Shown here one piece after another: positions 13,384-28,806 of a DNA stretch of 64,000 nt. Both the position numbers and the translations under genes were made by a program. Position 1 is the first letter of the stretch, and every line of letters begins with the position of its first letter. The notes under the pieces are model-generated. The model was not told where the DNA came from. It made no database searches and saw nothing but the letters and a program-made list of their open reading frames with translations. Origin of the DNA: Octopus vulgaris (taxonomy: Eukaryota); assembly GCA_951406725.2 (NCBI GenBank), contig OX597828.1, positions 22,568,001 through 22,632,000 on the forward strand, read 5' to 3'.

Positions 13384-14244
13384 TTCCTACGTTTCTGCGG
13401 TATCAGTTGCTATAAAGGAAACGGCGAGATTCTGATTAATGGATTTAACTACAAATTTCATTCTCGTTTCAAATTACTTGAATTCAATTAAGGCTAGGCA
13501 TTATCTTGTTTCAGAATGACATACAATAATAATGAAAATAAAATTTAATATTTATGTATATAACAGTAGTATATACAATAACAAGAATAAATACATACTC
13601 CATTATAATAACAGGTGTAAGTTCTATCCAGAATCGCGCTAGAATGTTCTTACAGATAATTACCTTCCTCTCTTCAAAAAGGAGGTTGGTGTATGGGGAA
13701 AATTCGGCTGCTATGACTAGCGGATCAAATTCTAATTCCCCCTAACTACAACCATGCTCAGCTGCTATGTCTTGCAGGTCAAATACCAAATGCTCTATTT
13801 GTCACTATATTTGTTTGTTATTTTTATTTATTCTATCGACCCAAGATAGAATATAAGACAAATATGTCCACGAAGAGATTTGAATTCAAAATCCAATAAC
13901 CCACGACAAAGAAAAATGTAAGACATTTCACCTAATGCACGGAAATATTTAGACAGCACATAGAGGTATTACAGATATTACAAAATGTCTAGTATTTAGA
14001 TTGCCATTTAATTCTGTTTCTTGGTAACAAAAGAAAAAATAAATAGAAAAAAAACGGTTTGTCCTGCTCGTCTATTTTAAATCTCTAACCGTTGCAGAAA
14101 ATAACATTTACTGAGATCCTGTATTGATGTAGTATACCGATGGTTAGTAGGTAACATAGAAAATACCTGAAATTATAATCCATGACAAAAATATCAATAC
14201 TGTTTCAATAATTGACACAGCAATACTAAAGCACGCACACACAC

Positions 14245-14358
14245 ACACATATATATATATATACACATACATATATATATATATGTACACATACATATAT
14301 ATATATATATGTATATATATATGAATATATATATATATATATCTACATATACATATAT

Positions 14359-14403
<45 letters not shown>

Positions 14404-14442
14404 CATATATATATATATACATATATATATGTATATATATAC

Positions 14443-14535
<93 letters not shown>

Positions 14536-14540
14536 TATGT
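14245..14540. repeat. (TA)n microsatellite
   Basis: Direct reading. Confidence 0.97.
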
Positions 14541-15328
14541 GTGTGTTGCGGTGTATACGAACACGCATACAGACACAAGCACACACACTCATGTATACGT
14601 ACATTTAGATATGTATGTATGTATGTATCAGTGTATGTGTGCTGTTGCGCAGGCGCAAGCTGAAAGCCTAAGTAAGTACGCTGACTTCGCTATTGTATAG
14701 ACAATATGATGTCATGCAAAAAAAAAAAAAAAAAAAGTAAGAAACGAACGTGTGTTCGTTGTAGCATTCTTAATTGTTACAGTTGGAATGATACAAATTT
14801 CGTTTTCTGAGAAAGATATGGAGATGTTACTTATAGGTATAGACTAAGGCACGTTCCAGACAATAGAAATAGTGTGCCGTATAAATGTTTCTATTTATTT
14901 ATTCAAATATTATCTCTCAAATCATTTGTTAACTTTGAATATTTGAATTCATGTCCTCCAAAATGTTGTATGTAATCCATTTGCGATGTAATAAATGAAA
15001 CTCTTACGCTACGAATTGGAAATGGAAACGTTTCCACACAATAACAAAAGGCACTGTCTATTATCCTGTATCCAGCAATTGTGAACAATAGCGTCGTCCG
15101 GTTGTAAGGTTTCCAGCAGACCAATTACAGACTGAATCTATTTTCTATGGCACTAGAAACGACCAATATAATGATGTAATGCCTGGGCAACGCGGATCCA
15201 GAAATACCACACCGTAGTTTTTTGACGTACTCGTTTATCGCCAGTGTGTACACGCGCAGACACACATACATTCAAGCAAATATACACGCACGCATATATA
15301 TATACATACATATATATATATATTTCTA

Positions 15329-15402
<74 letters not shown>

Positions 15403-15406
15403 ATCT

Positions 15407-15479
<73 letters not shown>

Positions 15480-15491
15480 ATCTCTCTCTCT

Positions 15492-15522
<31 letters not shown>

Positions 15523-15758
15523 ATTATGAAACACATATTCTGAGATTGTATTTACAATGTGCTTATAGGTAGGCTACGAATTGGCTTGCTGCAGAATACG
15601 TCGGGTGTTAAAACACTTGAAAAACAGGACAGGTGAGATAACTTACCTCTAACTTTCCGAGATGTTGATATGCCACGAAAATGGTGAAACGTCGAATATT
15701 TTTCCCCACCGAAATCGCAGCCTACTAGTATATGTGGTCGACAATGTTTGACTATATA

Positions 15759-16974
<1,216 letters not shown>

Positions 16975-16997
16975 TGTGTGCGTGTGTATATGTGTGT

Positions 16998-17303
16998 GGA
17001 GGCGCAATGGCCTACTGGTTAGGGCAGTGGACTTGCGGCAGGGGTTGGTGGCGATCCCTGCTGTACTCTTTCGCCACAACTTTCTCTCGCTCTTTCTTCT
17101 GTTGGCCAGCTCGCTTAGCCAGCGAGGAGACGTCATTCGAAGGCTAAAACAATGCGAACACATTGTGACCAGCGATGTATAACATCTGATATGGAGACGT
17201 AATGGCCCAGTGGTTAGGGCAGCGGAAACGTGGTCATAGGATCACGCTTTCGATTCCCAGACCGGGCGTTGTGACTGTTTATTGAGCGAAACCACCTAAA
17301 AGC
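16998..17303 (+). mobile_element. Two adjacent SINE C pieces (first deleted with an alternative tail, second head only)
   Basis: GGAGGCGCAATGGCC...GGTTAGGGCAG head at 16998 and 17193; TTTCGATTCCC B box in the second. Confidence 0.8.
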
Positions 17304-17304
17304 T

Positions 17305-17421
17305 TTTCCTAATGTCTCACATTTAGATGCTTCTATTAAATTCATTCAATTGTTAAACATAAATAAATCTTGGAATTAAATGGTTTTGATTTACTGTCAG
17401 GTGACTTTTGGCCAACCACTG
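17305..17421. mobile_element. Right end of a Tc1/mariner-type MITE
   Basis: Ends GTCAGGTGACTTTTGGCCAACCACTG|TA, matching the TIR of 41646-41889. Confidence 0.65.
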
Positions 17422-17453
17422 TATATATATATATATATATATATACATATGTA

Positions 17454-17486
<33 letters not shown>

Positions 17487-18099
17487 TTAATATATATATA
17501 AATGTTTATATATTACATGTGTATATATCTATATGTTTGGCCGTATATATGTGTGTGTTGTGTTTGTGTGTTTGTATTTGTGTATGCGTTTGTGTGTGTG
17601 TGTGTCTGATTGTCTGCGTTAAGTACATTACGTAACATATCAGTTTTCCTGATTCCAGGAGAGTAGCTTTGCTATGTGACTAAGAACTGGTTGCGATTTC
17701 TAGCAATTCCCTTGACAATACATAGCAGGCATCTTAGGTTTGTTGTCATTGTGTTCTTCCTCTTCTACGTTGCTACCGTCTTTAGTTTTATTGATCAAAT
17801 GTGTTATTTTAGTATTGTTATTTCAGTTAAGTCCTACAGTAACAGCGTTGTTTCCTGCTATTTTGTTTTTGTTGCTGTTGTTGTTATTGGTGGTGGTGGT
17901 GGTGGTGGTGGTGGTGATGGTGGTGTATGGCACTCTTAGTGTTGTTGTTGTTGTTGTTGAAGTTGTACGACAATTGTTGCTGATGCTGTTACTAATGTCG
18001 CTTTATCACTGATCTAATAATTCTTGAATATTTGTTCTGACTCTTGTTGCTCTCGTTTCTCGAATTTATAAAATAAATCTGTTAGTGTTCATTCCATCG

Positions 18100-18132
<33 letters not shown>

Positions 18133-18279
18133 CAGGAACACACACAGGCACACACTTTGGGGGTACGCAGCAATACACTTGCATTACCCAACTCATCTTC
18201 TCCACCGCTGCCAACGCAAACGCTAGCGGTGCCACCCACGGTGACCCCCGCCGACACCTACGGCGGCACTGGCACTACC

Positions 18280-19240
18280 ACCGCCATTACCACGAACAAC
18301 AACAACAACATTAAAAACCCCACAAGATTACCACTTCCCTCCACCGTCACAGCACCGCTCTACCCATTTTCTCCCACCGCCAACAACACCAGCAATACCT
18401 TCACCACCACTACAACCACCGTCATAACAAATGCCACTGTTATACCACCGATACTACAACACGGCGCCATTATTATCTAATCACCACCGCCAACAAAGCC
18501 GCACTATCACAATTACCACTACCACCGCCACCACGACCACCATCACCATCATATATATCAATGCCATTACCAACAACAACACCGCCACCAACACCGCCAT
18601 CCCCACCACGACCACCACCGCCACACAACACCACTATTTGCACAATCACCAGCACCACCAACTCCACCTCCACCACCACCACAATTACCACCGCCACCAT
18701 GAATATCAAAGCCAATACCACCAACAACAACACCGCCACCCCCACCATGACCACCACTGCCACACATCACCACCAGTAGCACAATCACCAGCACCACCAA
18801 CTCCACCACCACCAACTCCGCCACCACCACAATTAGCACCGCCACCACCATCTCCATCGCCACCATAAATATCAAAGCCAATAGCATCAACAACACCGCC
18901 ACCACCACCACCACCACCACCACCACCGCCCCACAGCACCACCATTAACACAACCACAAGCACCACCAACTCCACCACCACCACATTTACCACCCCCACC
19001 ACCATCACCTTCTCCATCATGAATATCAACAGCAATACCACCAACAGCACCGCCACCCTCACCACGACCACGATCACGACCACCACCACACAGAATCACT
19101 ATTAGCACAATCACCAGCACCACCAACTCAACCACCACCACCGCCACCACTATCACCACCACCACAAACAGGCGCTATAACCATGATCAACGCTTCCAAA
19201 ATTATGCTCTTCAAATTTTCACCACCACCACCACTACTTA
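18280..19240. repeat. (ACC)n-derived tract with a ~150-165-bp higher-order unit
   Basis: Anchor ATATCAA.GC.A.TA recurs near 18555, 18702, 18868 and 19022; GCACAATCACCAGCACCACCAACTC occurs three times. Confidence 0.85.
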
Positions 19241-19879
19241 GCAACAAAAACAAAAGCAATATAACAACAACAATACCAATTCTTTCACCACCGAACTGTT
19301 TTTTCAAGAAATTTCCTACAGATTACTCACAGTTCTTTCGGTTGCGTCGTCTTTATAGTTGCTGCTGCTGTTGTTTTCGCTGCTGTTGTTGTTGTTATTG
19401 TTACTGTTGTTGTTGATGTAGTTATAAAAGTCTTTGGTTTATTATTATTTTTTTTTATCGTTATGGATTCTTATGCTGTTATTAAAACAGGACGAGAACG
19501 AATTTGTCATGAAAACATGTCACATGATTTCATTATTTTGTTTCGGGCGCCTATGAACACACGTGAACACACGTCGGCACGAATTCTTGACCCAGTATTC
19601 TTCAACAAGGATTTTTCAGCCGTACTAAGAGAAGGTGGGATCGACAGTTTGAGGGTACGAATTTGATGTGAGTAAATTGAAGCAGCGTCAACTGGCTTGT
19701 TCAAAGAAACAACATCTGTCCTGGCCCGCGAATCGAACCAACGACAGTATGGTCATATGATCGTCAGAACAGAGCCCTAACGACGAGACAGCACGCACGG
19801 GAGCATAAGGGAATTCTTATAACTATATAAGCACCGTTTTAATATTTGTGTTGAAATATATTATATATATATGTGTATA

Positions 19880-20308
19880 GGCGCAGGAGTGGCTATAGGC
19901 GCAGGAGTGGCTGTGTGGTAGGTAGCTTGTTTACCAACCACATGGTTCCGGGTTCAGTCCCACTGCGTGGCACCTTGGGCAAGTGTCTTCTACTATAGCC
20001 TCGGGCCGACCAAAGCCTTGTGAGTGGATTTGGTAGACGGAAACTGAAAGAAGCCCGTCGTATATATGTGTATATATATGTGCGTGTGTGTGTTTGTGTC
20101 TGTGTTTGTCCTCCGAGCAGTGCTTGACAACCGATGCTGGTGTGTTTATGTCCCCATTAATTAGCGGTTCGGCAAAAGAGACCGATAGAATAAGTACTGG
20201 GCTTACAAAAGAATAAGTCCCGGGGTCGAGTTGCTCGATTAAAGGCAGTGCTCCAGCATGGCCGCAGTCAAATGACTGAAAGAAGTAAAAGAAAAAGAAT
20301 AAAAGAAA
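19880..20308 (+). mobile_element. SINE A, full length, with an 18-bp tandem duplication of its 5' end
   Basis: ATAGGCGCAGGAGTGGCT twice (19877-19912); complete body and tail. Confidence 0.95.
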
Positions 20309-20544
20309 GGATATATATATATATATATATTCACACTCATTTTGACTTTAATTATAAAATTAATATGTTCTCAAAACGACATAAACTGCAGTGTATTATT
20401 TATGCAGTATTTATTTCCGGAAATTTGGCGCGCTTGGACGAGGGCATTTGAATGTAACTGTGAATAAAATCGGCCGAACTGCTCGTGTCTCTAACATCAT
20501 GTTAATATACAGTGTGCAGTTCGACAAATTATATTTTATGACGT

Positions 20545-20620
20545 ACTCCACCGATGATCTGAGGTTATTTATGTAAGTAAAATTACATAATTTATTAACA
20601 GTGAAACAATTGTATGGGGT
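20545..20620 (+). ncRNA. Type-I hammerhead ribozyme motif in a Penelope-like P1 fragment (~20340-20770)
   Basis: Stem I ACTCCA/TGGGGT, core CCGATGA (20551), stem II CTG...CAG with long loop, GAAA (20603), palindromic stem III ACAATTGT, GUA cleavage triplet. Confidence 0.7.
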
Positions 20621-20810
20621 TAATCTATATTTTTGTTATTTTTCATTTGTTCTGCTCGCTTATGTTCTTAGTGTGCTAAAACTTTTCTTGAGAACAATTC
20701 TTAGTGGTTGAGTCCCTTTGCGGATCTATATCTAGCGTAACAGCGTCCACATAGTGGATTCTCTCTCATATTTGTGTATATATATTTATATATATATATA
20801 CGTATATCTT

Positions 20811-21156
20811 GGCACTTCGTCGGCTACGACGACGAGGTTTCCAGTTGATCCGATCAACGGGATAGCTTGCTCGTGAAATTAACGTGTAAGTGGCTGAGCA
20901 CTCCACAGACAGGTGTAGCATTTACGTAGTTCTCGGGAAGATTCAGTGTGGCCCTTCGAACTACAGGTGCAACAGACACAGGAAGAAAGAGTGAAAAACT
21001 ACAGCAGGGTTCGCCCCCCCCCCCTCTGCCGGAGCCTCGTGGAGCTTTTTTAGGTGGTTTCACTCAGTAAACACTCACACCGCCCAGTCTGGGAATGGAA
21101 ACCGCGATGCTACGACCGCAAGTTCGCTACCTTAGCTACTGGGCCATTTCACCTCC

Positions 21157-21157
<1 letters not shown>
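20811..21157 (-). mobile_element. SINE family C, near full length
   Basis: Reverse complement of 54022-54337 including the GTTGATCGGATCAAC palindrome and CGTCGTCGTA.CCGA tail. Confidence 0.9.
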
Positions 21158-21188
<31 letters not shown>

Positions 21189-21684
21189 ACATAAGTGCAT
21201 TAACGTTCGATCGGAATGAGCAGTCTTCGACTTTACTATTTGTTTTTTAGAACAGCTTAATATTCTATACATTTTTTATAGCTTTATCTAATTCGAGATC
21301 AGCCCTTGCAAATTATATATATAATAGATAGATAAATAGATAGATACATACATACATACATACATACATACATACATACATACATACATACATACATAAA
21401 GTTGTCGAACCTAGCTCAAGAGGCGTCTAGTATAGCCCCAGGCGGACCAATGAGAGTCTTGAGAGTGCGGTTTTGGTAGGAGGCCTGTGTGTATCGGTGT
21501 ATTTATGTGTCTTTGTGTGGATGTATTTGTGTATCTATATATTTGTGGCTATAATATATCCGTCCCCATTGCTTGACTTAGTGGTTCCGCGAAAAGAGTT
21601 CGATAGAATAAATACGAGACTCTTAAAAGTTAAGGACTGAAGCCGATTTCGTCGACTGAAAATTTCGAGCCAGTGCCCCAGCAT

Positions 21685-21871
21685 GGCGTAGGAGTGGCTG
21701 TGTGGTAAGTAGCTTGCTTACGAACCACGTTGTTCCGTGTTCAGTCCCACCGCGTGGCACACTGGGCAAATGTATTCTAGTATAGCCTCGGGCCGACCAG
21801 AGCCTTGTGAGTAGATTTGGTGGACTGACACTGAAAGAAGCCCGGCGTATACATGCATATGTATATATATT

Positions 21872-21925
<54 letters not shown>

Positions 21926-22156
21926 TGTATATGTTTGTGTGTTTGTGTTTGTCCCCCCCCCCCCCAACATCGCTTGACAACCGATGCCTGTGTGTTTACG
22001 TCCTTGTAACTTAGCGGTCCAGCAAAAAAGACCGATAGTATAAGCACTAGGCTTACAAAGAATAAGTCCTGGGTCGATTTGGTCGACTAAAGGCGGTGCT
22101 CCAGCATGGCCACAGTCAAATGTATGAAACAAGTGAAAGAGTAAAAGAGCAAAAGA
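21685..22156 (+). mobile_element. SINE A, full length, inserted at the 3' end of an older SINE A (~21400-21685)
   Basis: Complete head-core-microsatellite-tail order. Confidence 0.92.
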
Positions 22157-22831
22157 ATCATTTTGTTCCATAAATAAAAATAAATTTCCTTTGACAATGC
22201 TCTACATTACAAGAAAATACACAAAAAAATGTAGACACAAATAATATGTCACAGTATAAGTCTATATATATATCGAGGTATACATTTAAGCAGACCAATA
22301 TATTAGAGACAGCTATCTACAATATTAAAAAAAAAAACAACATGCATTCAAATAAATGCTTAATTAAAGCTATTGGCGATATTAATTAATATTTCTATAT
22401 CTAATACTCAGGTCTGTACACGGCGTATGTTACGTAGCGTTGCTCCACTATTTTTAATAACTTTATGTTATCGCAAAATTTCGCAGGCATTAACAAAAAA
22501 ATAAATACAATTTTCAAAGTGCTCGGTGACATATTGAATTTTTTATTCGATATTCTGCTTTCATTGTGTGATATTATGTAAGAAATACAATAAGTGTGAC
22601 CTTTAGATAACAAGTGTAGTCACGTGGTTCGTGTTCTTATTCTTCTCTTCATCGAAGTGTATAATGAAACATTGTAACTTTAATTAGCGTCTGGAAAAAA
22701 ATTTAGATATTTTTTTTTGTATTGTTTTCTTTTTACGTTAACTGTTTGCATATTTGTTTTTGTCTTGTTGTATAATGATTGTACACATTGTGGTGAATAC
22801 CACACGCATACACACACCCACACACACACAC

Positions 22832-23198
<367 letters not shown>

Positions 23199-23498
23199 TG
23201 TATATATTATATGTATCTATACTTATAGCTATATCTACATATCTATTTACGAAGTCACTTCCATCTCTCTTCTTTTCATTAAACACACACACACACGCAC
23301 ACACACACACATTAATTTATAGTGACGAAATCAATATTAACACCAAGAGGTACATCCAACTTCACATGAATGCCATGATAGAAGAGAGAAAACTGCGGTA
23401 TTAGCCATGAGAGATCTTCCCATATTATCATTTGTTGCATAACAGCACACATATAGATCGCTGCAGTCGAAATCCGTCTGTCGGCTGCACCGAGGTTT

Positions 23499-23538
23499 CT
23501 ATGCCACGTGATTTCGGTCGGTTAGACCTCGTCAGTAA
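23499..23538 (-). ncRNA. Degenerate minimal hammerhead motif
   Basis: Minus strand: TTA-CTGACGA-GGTC taacc GACC-GAAA-TCACGTGG-CA-TAG. Canonical core, perfect stem II and palindromic stem III, but the conserved U before the cleavage site is C. Confidence 0.6.
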
Positions 23539-23849
23539 TAAGCACCCATCACCGTGCACCATTCAAATATAGTTGCTGCAACGTATAATATATCAGCATC
23601 TGAAAAGATGCTGATAACGCAAACAGACAGCAGGCCTATTAAAAATTTATTATTACAGACGGAAATAGTATTAAAGACAAAAGGCGATCAGTGTATCCAA
23701 CTTAACATGGATGGCATATGGGAAGAACAAATACTGAGATATTATACTCGAGAGATCATGTCCTATAGGCGTTTGGTTTACCAAACTCTTATATACATAT
23801 ATATATATGCATATATATGCATATATAGAGATTTATGTAGGTATGTATG

Positions 23850-23958
<109 letters not shown>

Positions 23959-23998
23959 ATATATACTTACCTATAAGACCAAAAGGATACGGGCACTG

Positions 23999-24036
<38 letters not shown>

Positions 24037-24039
<3 letters not shown>

Positions 24040-24403
24040 TGGGATGACCACTAAGTGGACGTCACCTATGCTAGGAATCGACCCCCTATGGACTTGCCAC
24101 TAAGAAAGGAATGTTCTCAAGAAAATTTAGCAAAACGCCAAAACGTAAGGGAGCAAGACAAATGAAAAGTTACATACCTATCCATTTCTCTTGCTCGCTT
24201 CCGTTTTGGCGTTTTGTTAAATTTTCATGAGAACATTTCTTTCTTAGTGGTAAGACCATAGGGGGTCCACATCTAGCATAAGAGATATCCATTTAGTGGC
24301 AATATAATTTTTCTGAATCTCCAGGTTTTTGTATATGCTAGACCACTGCTTTTAAATTGACATTAATCGAATTAATATTCAATTTTTCACCCTTATTATT
24401 TTA
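24037..24403. mobile_element. Family P1 fold-back element (imperfect ~118-bp arms plus unpaired tail) inside (TA)n
   Basis: 24048-24165 is the reverse complement of 24181-24299; homologous to the 5.4, 7.6 and 20.7 kb copies. Confidence 0.8.
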
Positions 24404-24494
24404 ACTATATATATATATATAAAAATCTAAACATGCATATATATATATATTTATATATGTGTGTGTGTATTTATATATGTAAGCGTGTACGTAT

Positions 24495-25010
24495 ATATAT
24501 ATATATATATATATAATGACAAAATAATAACTAAAACATATGCATACATACATACATATATGTACGTACCTACATCTATATGTATATATACATGCATATA
24601 TGGATACAGGACACCAAAAAACGTCGAACACAATGAGAAACGAAAACATAAGCACAAAACCAAAGAAATGGACATTTTTCTTAAACAACGAAAAAATAAA
24701 GTACAAGACATACAACACAAGGAACATTCCCCTCCTTCAGCCGCCTCTGTTTCATCTACTCCGCGTCTCGAAGGTAAAGGTGAGACACGACTTCGTTGAA
24801 ACAGTCCTTCCTGCAAAAGCAAATTAAATAAAATTTGAGATTTTTTTGCGGTGGGGTAAAAATGGTAACAAAAACAGGACAGTAAAAACAATACAAAATA
24901 TAAACAGTAAAAGAGAGGACAAGGAGAATAACAGTAACACGAACACTGAGGGCTGTTAAGCCAGAACGAATGAAAAATATTTTGAACGCGTTGAGAACGG
25001 CGAGAGAGAC
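24495..25010 (-). mobile_element. Unclassified repeat, possibly Penelope-like
   Basis: Strand-biased T-rich block next to (TA)n; only a decayed CAACGAAG...CTTCGAGACGCG hammerhead-like trace. Confidence 0.35.
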
Positions 25011-25324
25011 GTAGGCGCAAGGCTCAGTGGTTAGAGCGTCGAGATTTCGATCGTGAGGTTGTGACTTCGATTCCCGTACCCGGTTGCGTGTTGTGTTCTC
25101 GAGCATGACACTTTATTTCACGTTGTTCCAGTTCACTCCGCTGTAGAAGTTAGTTGTGACGTCACAGGTGCCAAGCTGTATCGGTTTTTGCTTTTCCCTT
25201 GGATAACATCACTGGCATGGAGAGGGGAGGCTGGTATGCATGGGCAACTGTTGGTCATCCATAAATAATCATGCCTGGACTTGTGACTCAGAGGGTAACT
25301 TTCTAAGTGCAATCCCATGGTCAT
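25011..25324 (+). mobile_element. SINE family D (tRNA-derived)
   Basis: GGCTCAGTGG A box, TTCGATTCCC B box; co-linear with 50335-50660. Confidence 0.85.
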
Positions 25325-25511
25325 ACATATATATATATATATATATGGCGCAGGAGTGGCTGTGTGGTAAGTAGCTTGCTAACCAGCCACATGGTTGCGG
25401 GTTCAGTCCCACTGCGTGGCATCTTGGGCAACTGTCTTCTGCTATAGCCCCGGGCCGACCAATGCCTTGTGAGTGGATTTGGTAGATGGAAACTGAAAGA
25501 AGCCTGTCGTA

Positions 25512-25545
<34 letters not shown>

Positions 25546-25553
<8 letters not shown>

Positions 25554-25796
25554 ATGTTACATTACTCGGTAGTCAAGATAAAACTCTGAGTTTCAGATGC
25601 CGAAGTGGAAATCCACAACACCATCTCTTCGGTTATCTTAACCGAAGAGATGGTGTTGTGGATTTCCACTTCGGCATCTGAAACTCAGAGTTTTATCTTG
25701 ACTACCGAGTAATGTAACATATTGTATAGATAAATTTCCTCTATTTACATAATATTGAGGTCTCTTTCTTTCTTTTGTTATCTTACCGTTTTATCA

Positions 25797-25798
<2 letters not shown>
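25546..25798. mobile_element. Penelope-like fold-back insertion: perfect 90-bp arms, 3-nt loop, 70-bp unpaired tail
   Basis: 25546-25635 is the exact reverse complement of 25639-25728; flanked by (TA)n. Confidence 0.85.
25575..25639 (-). ncRNA. Type-I hammerhead ribozyme motif (mirror copy with shortened stem I on + at 25639-25699)
   Basis: AAGATAA-CCGAAGA-GATG..GTGGatttCCAC..CATC-t-GAAA-CTC a GAG-TT-TTATCTT: 7-bp stem I, GUU triplet, near-palindromic stem III. Confidence 0.7.
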
Positions 25799-25832
<34 letters not shown>

Positions 25833-26687
25833 TTGTGTGTCTGTGTTTGTCCCCCTAGCATTGCTTGACAAATGATGCTGGTGTCTTTACGTCCCCGTCA
25901 CTTAGCGGTTCGGCAAAAAGAGACCGATAGAATAAGTACTGGGCTTACAAAGAATAAGTCCCGGGGTCGATTTGATCGACTAAAGGCGGTGCTCCAGCAT
26001 GGCCGCAGTCAAATGACTGAAACAAGTAAAAGAGTAAAGAGTAAGAGTATATATATATATAGAAATTCAAGGAACTAGATTAACTGTTCAACAACTCTGA
26101 TTTACAATACACTAGGTCCCCAGACGCCCCTGTTGATTTATTGACACCCAAAGCTTCTACAACTAAATTTTGTCATTTTCCTGACCACCATGTTTGGTCC
26201 GTAACCTCTATACATCCCTTATCTTTATATTTTTTTACATTTTTATCATTTTTATTCCTATTTTTATTTTTTTACTTTTATTTTATTTCTATTTCTATTT
26301 TTACTTTATAACCATATGCCTTTATATTCATTTATATTTTTTTATATTCTTTATATCCCCTTTATATCTCCTTATATCTCTTTATATCTTTATACTCTAC
26401 ATTTTTATATTTTTATATACTTACACTTTTTATATATTTTTTATCCTTCGTCCTGAATTCTCGCCCCTCCACCTTTACCCCTATTTACTCTTATTACCAG
26501 GTTCCTTCACGTCTATATATGTATTTATTTATTAATTTATTTACATTACTTCAACATCCAAATTTCCTCATTCTACATTGAGAGAAGAAAGAGATGGACG
26601 CTTCAATTCTATGCTGTTGCCGCATTATGTTGCATCCCCAACCAAGAATTTTTGATGTAACACATGTCCTTGTGGAAGCTGTTGTGC

Positions 26688-26765
26688 GCGGCTGAAGAAG
26701 GCCACAGACATACATTATGCATTGTTATAAATCTGTCTAATAAAGGCCCGAAACATATGTACCGC
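26688..26765 (+). ncRNA. Type-I hammerhead ribozyme motif in a Penelope-like 3' fragment (~26060-26800)
   Basis: GCGG-CTGAAGA-aGGCC..AGACA...TGTCT..GGCCc-GAAA-CATATG-TA-CCGC: canonical core, palindromic stem III, GUA triplet. Confidence 0.8.
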
Positions 26766-26798
26766 TGAATCCTTGGCATCATGTTTTTATTTTGATCA

Positions 26799-26848
<50 letters not shown>

Positions 26849-26853
<5 letters not shown>

Positions 26854-27049
26854 ATCCAAACAAGAAAACACCCAAAAAACACAACAACGCGAGGACGTGG
26901 AACAAATATAGTATTATTGGACGCTCAGGAAAGAAGGGAAGAAGGAGGGTTTAACATTTCGAGCGGAGCTCTTCGTCGGAAACATAGGAGAAGGAAAGAT
27001 CCCGAGAAGGGAAGACAGAGGGAAAAAAATCGCCAACGGTACACACGAG

Positions 27050-27054
<5 letters not shown>
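26849..27054 (-). mobile_element. Penelope-like short element (family P4) with a minimal hammerhead at 26949-26983
   Basis: Minus: GTTT-CCGACGA-aGAGC tcc GCTC-GAAA-TGT-T-AAAC; homologous to 34846-34978; embedded in (TA)n. Confidence 0.7.
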
Positions 27055-27140
<86 letters not shown>

Positions 27141-27499
27141 ATGTATATATATAGAGAGAGAGAGTGAGAGAGAAGGAGAGAGAGAGTTTCGTAGACACAT
27201 ACTACACGGATGACTGGAATAGTTGTTAATATTACACGAGTTTTAATGCAGTAACCTAAATACAATTTGAATAATAACTACGATTTTAAGTTTCAGCACA
27301 AGGCCAGAATTTTCAAGGGAAGAAGAGAAGCAACTTCATCGACCCAAGGGCTAACGGTTACTTGTTTTATCGACACGGATATGATAAAAGGCAGAGTCGA
27401 CTTTGGCGCAACTGGAATTCGAAATGTAGGCGGACGAAACACTGCTAAGTACTTTAACCGGCGTGCACAAGATTCTGCAATTTAGACGCTTTATTTTGA

Positions 27500-27952
<453 letters not shown>

Positions 27953-28740
27953 GTGATCCGCGTGCAGACACTGGCCGCCTGTACATGAAGAGAGCGAATG
28001 GAGGAAGAGGACTGATAAGTGTGGAAGACTGCGTGCGTATCGAACTCGAGAGCTTAATGAGATACCTAGACCAAAGTAAGGTAACCTTGCTAGTGACAGC
28101 TAGGAACGAGGGAGTATTCAGAGCAGAGAAAAAAGGGAAACCAAAGGAAGAAGTGTAAAAGGGACATGAGTATGAATTACGAAAGAAGGGGCTACAGAAT
28201 CAATTCTATGAATCCACAACTGAAATTGCTGGAACAAATAGGTGGGATTAGCTGACGAAAAGAACACTTAAAAAGAGACTGAAAACATTCAACTCTGCAG
28301 CGCAGGGCCAAGCTCTGACCACGAACTGTAGGGTTAACCTGAGGAATGAGAAATTGTCTCTGCTGTGCCGCATCTGCAATAGAGTGGATGAAACCATTGC
28401 CCATATCAAGAACGAATGCCCTAGGCTTGCCCGAAACCACTACAAGTTGTGGCGACACCACCAGGTAGCGGAAGTGCTACATTGGAAGCTGTGCAAAAAG
28501 TGGGGGCTAGAGTGATTCAAGACGAGCTATGAGCACAAACTTCAGAGAATAGCAGAGCCATAGATTAGTAAAATTCTCTGGGATTTCCCAATCGAAACAT
28601 ATCAGGTGCTAGAGCATAACAGACCGGACCTGGCAGCAGTGGACATGGTGTACCACATATGATATATAGTTGATATTGCATAGCTCTTTGACCTTCAGAT
28701 AGTCAAGAAAGAATGCGACAATATATATATATATATATAT

Positions 28741-28806
<66 letters not shown>

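Larger units (their letters stand above)
25347..26048 (+). mobile_element. SINE A, full length, split by an insertion in its internal (TA)n
   Basis: Head 25347-25512, tail ~25820-26048. Confidence 0.92.
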
